Source: an uncultured delta proteobacterium
GTDB taxonomy: Bacteria; Myxococcota_A; Polyangia; Fen-1088
Reading direction: 5' to 3'
DNA length: 64,000 nucleotides
NCBI GenBank assembly: GCA_963796685.1
Contig: CAWCMR010000025.1
Location: 992,001 to 1,056,000 of the forward strand
The notes beneath the pieces were generated by a model. That model saw nothing but the letters and a program-made list of their open reading frames with translations. It did not search any database and had not been told where the DNA came from. Positions 58,572-64,000 of the stretch are shown here, piece by piece. The position numbers were made by a program, and so were the translations under genes. Within the stretch, counting starts at the first letter, position 1. Every line of letters begins with the position of its first letter.

Positions 58572-60188
58572 ATGAGCGGCACCACGCCCGCCATGGGAAC
58601 GTCCGTGTTCGCCGCTGCCACGCGCAGGCGCCTCGGCCACTATGAGCTGTTCGATCGTTTTGCCGTGGGCGCCATGGCCGAGCTGTACCTCGGGCGCGCG
58701 CGCGGCGAAGAGGGCTTCGAGAAGATGGTCGTCATCAAGCGCGTGCTGCCCCGCCTGGCCGACGACATGCGTTTCGTGCAGATGCTGCAGATCGAGGCGC
58801 GCATCCACTCCTCGCTGTCGCACAAGAACATCGTGCAGATTCACGATCTGGGCATTTCCGCCGAAGGCGAATACTTCATCGTCCTCGAATACGTGGACGG
58901 CCGCGACCTCGGCACCTTGCTGGACACCAGCCCCAGAGCGATGCGATCGGTGCCCACCAGACGCATTGACGACGCGGTCGGCCTGTACATCATGGGCGAG
59001 CTCGCCGAGGGCGTGCACTTCGCACACGAAGTGCGCGGCGGCGACGGCAACCCGCTTGGCCTCGTGCATCGCGACATCTCGCCCTCGAACATCCTGCTGT
59101 CCTACGCCGGCGAGGTCAAGCTGTCCGACTTCGGCGTCGCCAAACGCAGCAACGACAGCTCGGTGGTGACGTCGCTCAAGGGCGAGCTTGGATACATCTC
59201 GCCCGAGCAGGCGCGCGGCGCCCCGACCGACCGGCGCAGCGACATCTTCTCGCTCGGCGCCGTGGCCTTCGAAATCTTCACCGGCAGTCCGCTGCGCACC
59301 CTGAGCGGCAGCCCCGACGACTACCTGAAGGCGGCGTCGGGCATCATGAACGCGCCCCAGCGCTACCGGCCGGACATTCCGCCTGCCATCGAGCGCGTGC
59401 TCGCGGGCGCGCTGTCGCCGGATCCGCGCGACCGGTTCGCCGACGCGCGCAAGTTCGTCGACGCCTGCCGCGAGGCCCTGGCCAGCATCCCCAGGCCGAA
59501 GAACGGCGAGGCGGGCGAGCTGAAGAATCTGCTCGCTTCGCTGCTACCGCCGGGCGCCAAGTCGCAAAGCAAGCTACCTTCCAAGGTCATCAGCCTGATG
59601 CCGAGCCTGTGGGAGGACGTCACCGTCCCCGACTCGCCCATGCCTCCTCTGCTGGCCGGCCAGCCCTTGCCGTCCATGCCCGCCATGCGACCGAGCCCGT
59701 CGCCCAGGCCCACCAGCCAATCCCCTCCGCTGGCGGCACGTCCGCCGTCCGGTGAAAGAAAGATCCCGCCCAGGCTCGCGACCCCCGCGCAGACGCGGCG
59801 CACAGCCGACAGACCAGGCGCCGCGGGTGCCGTGCGCCGGCACCACAACGTGGCCTGGGCCTTCCTCATCCTGGGAGCCCTGATCGCGAGCACGCTGTTC
59901 TCCATCCACATCTACGTGATGCCCCTGTCGGTGGCCATGGCGTATTTCCGCCCGGCCTTCATCGACGTCACCTCCGAACCGCACGGAGCCGACGTGTACG
60001 TCGACGGCAAGAAGGTTCTCGGCAACACGCCCGCCGTGGTCGAGGTCCACCGCGATCACCAGCAGCACGTGGTCGAAGTCCACAAGGATGGCTTCGAGAC
60101 CATTCGTCAAAACCTTCGCTACGACCGCGAGGTCCGCCTGGAAGTTTCGGTTCGCCTCATGCCCGCGCGCGCGCCCGTCCACCCATAA
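58572..60188 (+). CDS. Ser/Thr protein kinase with TM and PEGA domain
   Basis: VVIK, HRDISPSN, DFG, YISPEQ, SDIFSLG; TM; SEPHGADVYVDG PEGA. Start uncertain. Confidence 0.9.
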   Translation: MSGTTPAMGTSVFAAATRRRLGHYELFDRFAVGAMAELYLGRARGEEGFEKMVVIKRVLPRLADDMRFVQMLQIEARIHSSLSHKNIVQIHDLGISAEGEYFIVLEYVDGRDLGTLLDTSPRAMRSVPTRRIDDAVGLYIMGELAEGVHFAHEVRGGDGNPLGLVHRDISPSNILLSYAGEVKLSDFGVAKRSNDSSVVTSLKGELGYISPEQARGAPTDRRSDIFSLGAVAFEIFTGSPLRTLSGSPDDYLKAASGIMNAPQRYRPDIPPAIERVLAGALSPDPRDRFADARKFVDACREALASIPRPKNGEAGELKNLLASLLPPGAKSQSKLPSKVISLMPSLWEDVTVPDSPMPPLLAGQPLPSMPAMRPSPSPRPTSQSPPLAARPPSGERKIPPRLATPAQTRRTADRPGAAGAVRRHHNVAWAFLILGALIASTLFSIHIYVMPLSVAMAYFRPAFIDVTSEPHGADVYVDGKKVLGNTPAVVEVHRDHQQHVVEVHKDGFETIRQNLRYDREVRLEVSVRLMPARAPVHP

Positions 60189-60196
60189 CGGCGAAC

Positions 60197-62756
60197 ATGA
60201 CCGACGAGAACCCGCGGCCCAGGCCGCTCGCCCCCCCGGCCGTGCCGACAAGCGGCGACCAGAATCTTCGAGCGTTTCCTCGACTACGTGGCAGGGCTTG
60301 GGTTGTCGCTCTATCCCGCGCAGGAGGAAGCCCTGTTCGAGATCCTGGCCGGCAAGCACGTGGTGCTGGCCACCCCCACGGGCTCGGGCAAGTCGCTGGT
60401 GGCCACCGCGTTCCTGTACAAGGCCCTGTGCGAGGGCAAGACCGGGTTCTACAGCTGCCCGGTCAAGGCGCTGGTGAACGAAAAGTTCTTCGACCTATGC
60501 AACGCCTTCGGCCCCGAGCACGTGGGGCTTGTCACCGGCGACGCCTCGGTGAACAGCGACGCCCCCATCCTGGTCGGCACCGCCGAGATCCTGTCGAACA
60601 TGGCCTTGCGCCGCTCGCGCGGCATTCCCGCCGACTTCGTGGTCATGGACGAGTTCCACTACTACGGCGACCGCGAGCGTGGCATCGCCTGGCAGATCCC
60701 CTTGTGCGTGCTCGAGCGGGCCACGTTCCTGCTGATGTCGGCGACCCTCGGCGACACCACGGCCATCGAGAAGAAGCTGGCCGCGCGCACCGGCCGCGAG
60801 GTGGCCAGCGTGCGCGGCGCCATCCGCCCGGTGCCGCTCGACTTCGAGTACCGCGAAACGCCACTGCACGAGACCATCGCCGAGCTGATCAAGCTTGGTC
60901 GCGCGCCCATCTACCTGGTGAGCTTCACCCAACGCGCCGCCGCCGAGGAAGTCCAGAACCTGATGTCCGTCGAGGTCCTTGGCAAGCCCGACAAGGAAGC
61001 CATCAAGAAGGCCCTGACCGGCGAGCGCTTCGACAGCCCCTACGGCAAGGAATTGCAACGCTTCTTGCGCCACGGGATCGGCCTGCACCACGCCGGGCTT
61101 CTGCCCCGTTACCGCCGCATCGTCGAGCGCCTGAGCCAGCAGGGCTTGCTGAAGGTCATCAGCGGCACCGACACGTTGGGCGTGGGCGTGAACATTCCCA
61201 TTCGCACGGTCTTGTTCTCGCAGCTTTGCAAGTACGACGGGCAGAAGGACGCCATCCTGGGCGTGCGCGAGTTCAAACAGATCGCGGGCCGCGCGGGGCG
61301 CAAGGGCTTCGACGATCGCGGCTGGGTGGTGGCGCAGGCCCCCGCCCACATCGTCGAGAACCTGCGCCTCAAGGCCAAGGCGGCGGGCGGCAAGAAAGTT
61401 CACATGCAGAAGCCGCCACAGAAGGGCTACGTGCACTTCGACCGCGGCACCTTCGAGCGCCTAATGAATGGGACGCCCGAGCCGCTGGAATCGCGCTTCG
61501 CCGTCAGCCACGGCCTTCTGCTCGGGCTGCTCCAGGGCGAAAACGGCGATCCCTCGCGCGGCGCCGGCTATCGCAAGCTGCTCGAGCTCATCGCCGCGTG
61601 CCATGACAGCGACGTCTTGAAACGTCGGCACCGCCGAACCGCCGCCGCCTGCTTCCGCGTTCTGCGCAAGGCCGGCCTGGTCGATGTGGTGGTCGACGAA
61701 TTCGCGGCCTGTCCGCACCCGGTGCCGAGCCCGAGCCTGCAGGACGACTTCTCGTTACACCACACGCTGTCGCTGTACCTGGTCGACACGCTGGCGCTGC
61801 TCGATCCGACGTCCGAAAGCTACGCCCTCGATGTGCTCTCGCTGGTCGAGGCGATTCTGGAGAATCCACGGCCCGTCCTGTTCGCCCAGCTCGACAAGCT
61901 GAAGGGCGAAACCATCGAGGCGCTCAAGGCGCAGGGCATGGAATACGAGCCGCGCATGGAAGAGCTGGACAAGCTCGAATGGCCCAAGCCCAATCGCGAT
62001 TTCATCTACGACACCTTCAACGCGTTTTCGGACAAGCACCCCTGGGTGGGCGAGGAGAACATCGCGCCCAAGTCGGTGGCGCGCGAAATCCTGGAGCGCT
62101 TCTGCAGCTTCCACGACTACGTCCGCGACCTGGGCTTGCAACGCTTCGAGGGCGTGCTGCTGCGCTACTTATCCGAGGCCTACCGGGCCTTGAGCAAGTC
62201 GGTGCCCGTGCACTTCCGCAGCGAGGCCGTCGAGGAGCTGGTGGCAAGCCTGGGCGCCCTGGTGCGCACCGTGGACTCGAGCCTGCTCGAGGAATGGGAA
62301 GAAATGCGCGCCCCGTCGGTCCAGGCCGGCGCGCTCCCGCCGGTGCTCGAAGCAAAGAAGCCGCGCGACCCGGCGGCCGATCCGCGCGCCTTCACCGCCC
62401 GCGTCCGGGCCGAGCTACACCGTCTGCTCGGCGCGCTCGCCCGCCGCGACCTCGACGAAGCCCGCGCCGCCCTCCGCGACGACGAGACGTCCACGTGGAC
62501 CAGCGAGCGCCTGGCCGCCGAGATCGCGCCCTACTTCGACGAGCACAAGCAGATCGTCGTCACGCCGCTGGCGCGCAGCCCGCGCAACACCACGCTGGCA
62601 GAGGTCGCCCCGCGCGTCTGGGAGGCGCAGCAGACCATCGTCGATCCCGAAGGCGACGAGGACTTTGCCATTCACGCGCGCGTCGATCTGAGCGAGCCGT
62701 TTCTGCCCGGCCAGGAAAACGCGCCCCTCATCGAGCTGGTGCGCATCGGACGGTAA
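60197..62756 (+). CDS. Ski2-like DEAD/DEAH helicase with DUF3516; apparent frameshift near 60263
   Basis: PTGSGKS, DEFH, MSAT, HHAG, TDTLGVGVN, QIAGRAGR, VDSSLLEEWE. IFERFLDYV continues upstream of GTG 60288 and joins the MTDENP frame at GAC CAG A ATC. Confidence 0.88.
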
Positions 62757-62764
62757 AGGCACCT

Positions 62765-63131
62765 CCCCTCACCCTGTCCCTCTCCCCGGCTGCCGCCGGG
62801 GCGAGGGGACCTGCCTGTTGGCTCCTCTCTCGATCAGGGTCTTTGCGAGCTCGTCCGCCTGCACCCCTCGCCCACCCGTCCTCCTCGGGTCCCCTCGCCC
62901 CGCGCAGCGGGGAGAGGGACAGGGTGAGGGGCTTTCCCCCCCTTGCCCACCCGTCCTCCTTGGATCCCCATCGCCCACCCGTCGTCCTCGGGTCCCCTCG
63001 CCCCGCGCAGCGGGGAGAGGGACCGGGCGAGGGGTTTCCCCCCCTCGCCCACCCGTCCTCCTTGGATCACCCTCGCCCACCCGTCGTCCTCGGGTCCCCT
63101 CGCCCCGCGCAGCGGGGAGAGGGACAGGGTG

Positions 63132-63133
<2 letters not shown>
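62765..63133. repeat. REP array: one inverted unit plus three tandem units about 100 bp apart; last unit truncated by IS110
   Basis: ccctcgcccacccgtc.tcctcgggtcccctcgccccgcgcagcggggagagggac.ggg.gag occurs three times. Confidence 0.85.

Positions 63134-64000
<867 letters not shown>

Overview
High-GC window from a probable myxobacterium (Myxococcota, Polyangia-like). This is inferred from a MYXO-CTERM tail, myxobacterial Cys-rich repeats, a PEGA Ser/Thr kinase and an ECF/anti-sigma cassette. It is dominated by exported and surface proteins. Carbohydrate-related genes: a partial GH43 missed by the ORF track, a GH3, a CE1-type esterase, a Tat-exported enolase-superfamily enzyme, and two giant lipoproteins that share a PKD/Ig/malectin scaffold but carry different heads (BNR propeller vs DUF362+CBM9-like). 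The central feature is a type IV minor-pilin locus (pilV-pilW-pilX ... pilY1) interleaved with three GT-C-fold glycosyltransferase-like genes. Its PilY1 has a Cys-bounded, ~530-aa Thr-rich insert with count-matched mirrored repeats: 3 hexamers + 18 octamers going out, 18 hexamers + 3 octamers coming back. These surround a lower-GC tip, suggesting a long antiparallel beta-hairpin stalk with a replaceable tip. Also present: VapBC, an MMPL transporter, a secreted DPWQ-repeat protein, a degenerate orphan CheR, a pcm remnant, an RRM protein with a long leader, leuB, nadE, a DUF3516 helicase, several REP/MITE families, and an IS110 element inserted into a REP at a CT core. Four genes carry apparent single-base frameshifts, probably assembly errors. 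No rRNA, tRNA or CRISPR array was recognised. All family calls are from motif recognition by eye; no database searches were run.
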